Positions 62,925 through 64,000 of a stretch of 64,000 nucleotides of DNA are shown here, piece by piece. Position 1 is the stretch's first letter; each line of letters opens with the position of its first letter. This stretch comes from Cycas panzhihuaensis (Eukaryota; Plantae; Cycadophyta): the NCBI GenBank assembly GCA_023213395.1, contig CM041465.1:211489741-211553740 (forward strand), written 5' to 3'. The translations under genes were made by a program, and so were the position numbers. The notes beneath the pieces were generated by a model. The model made no database searches. It saw nothing but the letters and a program-made list of their open reading frames with translations, and was not told the DNA's origin.

Positions 62925-64000
62925 AGGCTAGAGGGGTAGATTACAAAGTCCTTACTAATGATAAAAAACCTAGGGTGTGGAGGCCAAATACATGGGAAAG
63001 TAAACTAACAACCCTAACTAGGATGTCTATGTGACTCTTGGGCATGAGTGTGAGGGAACACTATGCACTAAATAATGAAATGGAGGCTAAACTAGGGTAA
63101 AATTGAGGGTTCATGTATGAGGATAAACACATTATTTTGGTTTCGGGGGCCTATGGCAAGCTAGGGAGAAAGAAGCACATACATATATGCAACTATATGA
63201 CTTTTTATTTTTATAAAAAGCAATAAACAAACCCTAGCTAAGACATAATATTATCCCATATGTTTAAGAACTCACAACCATGCAATCCCTTCTCTCATTC
63301 AAACTTGTAACTAGATGACAAAACAAGGACTAATGCACCTAACATTTCATGAAAATACAATGCAAATGGGAATGCCGTTCACTTTTATTTTGGGTTTTTT
63401 TCTTATATTTGTCTTTTTTAGGGGATTTTTTCCTTTTCAATTAAAAGAGAGAAAAAAAATAAAAGGTCTATAAAAAAAGGTAAAACTAATTTCTTTTTCT
63501 TTCATTTTCTCATATACTTTCTTTTCTTTGAGTTTTTTTTCTTTTTAAAAAGGAAAGGGGAGGTGAAGGGGGTTTAGGGCAAAAAAATAATTCTTAGATT
63601 CTTTTTCCCTTACTTCTTAGATTAGTCCTAAAACTTCTTTGTCCTTTCCTTTCCTTTCCTTTTTTTTCTTTACTAAAAAGAAAGAAAGCTAAGATAAGTG
63701 GAAAAATAATGTACCTAATAGTAGTGGGATTTATTTATTAAGCAACATCTTTTCTTAACTCATAGTGAATAATGCTAAGAAGATGGTCTTAATGGGAAAT
63801 ACATTATAATATAAATCTAGAGAAAATTTGGCAACATTTCTACTTATTAGATATGCTTATGATATAGGAAAGAATGCAATAAAGACTCCAAAAAATTTAA
63901 AAATATGTACGAAAGCTCAACGAGCTAACATACCTTTTTTGAGGAGTTATTACTAAAGAAGAATTTTGGTAGAAGAACCCAATCTTTAGGCTAATTATAG
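62925..64000. mobile_element. Probable LTR or other repeat inserted into the copia RT
   Basis: Copia RT similarity stops abruptly and is replaced by non-coding sequence with long purine/pyrimidine tracts. No diagnostic motif confirmed. Confidence 0.3.

Overview
AT-rich, transposon-dense land-plant nuclear DNA. The heavy CG/CHG decay of old repeats suggests a large, methylated, gymnosperm-like genome, which is an inference. The first 33.9 kb is a head-to-tail duplication of a ~17.6-kb block (copy A <1-16289, copy B 16290-33890, roughly 97-98% identical by eye). The block holds nested, decayed LTR retrotransposons: an integrase-deleted Ty1/copia, a minus-strand Tat/Ogre-type Ty3/gypsy pol, and a plus-strand Tat/Ogre element carrying an antisense, intron-containing plant-mobile-domain (PMD) gene. 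The long 3' LTR of that last element (from 34140) contains a complete 311-bp mini-TRIM with 81-bp LTRs, PBS, PPT and a 5-bp TSD. A ~2.4-kb higher-order satellite (290-bp dimer of ~145-bp units) abuts the only host gene, a non-RD LRR receptor kinase of subfamily XII (FLS2/EFR/Xa21-like, 39872-43245). Its six -1 frameshifts look like homopolymer sequencing errors. Downstream lie short tandem repeats and a full-length 6.1-kb L1 LINE (18-bp TSD, ORF1, EN-RT-RNase H ORF2) that appears to retain a sense spliceosomal intron in its 5'/ORF1 region. The window ends with a 1.9-kb tandem duplication and further decayed copia, LINE and LTR remnants.
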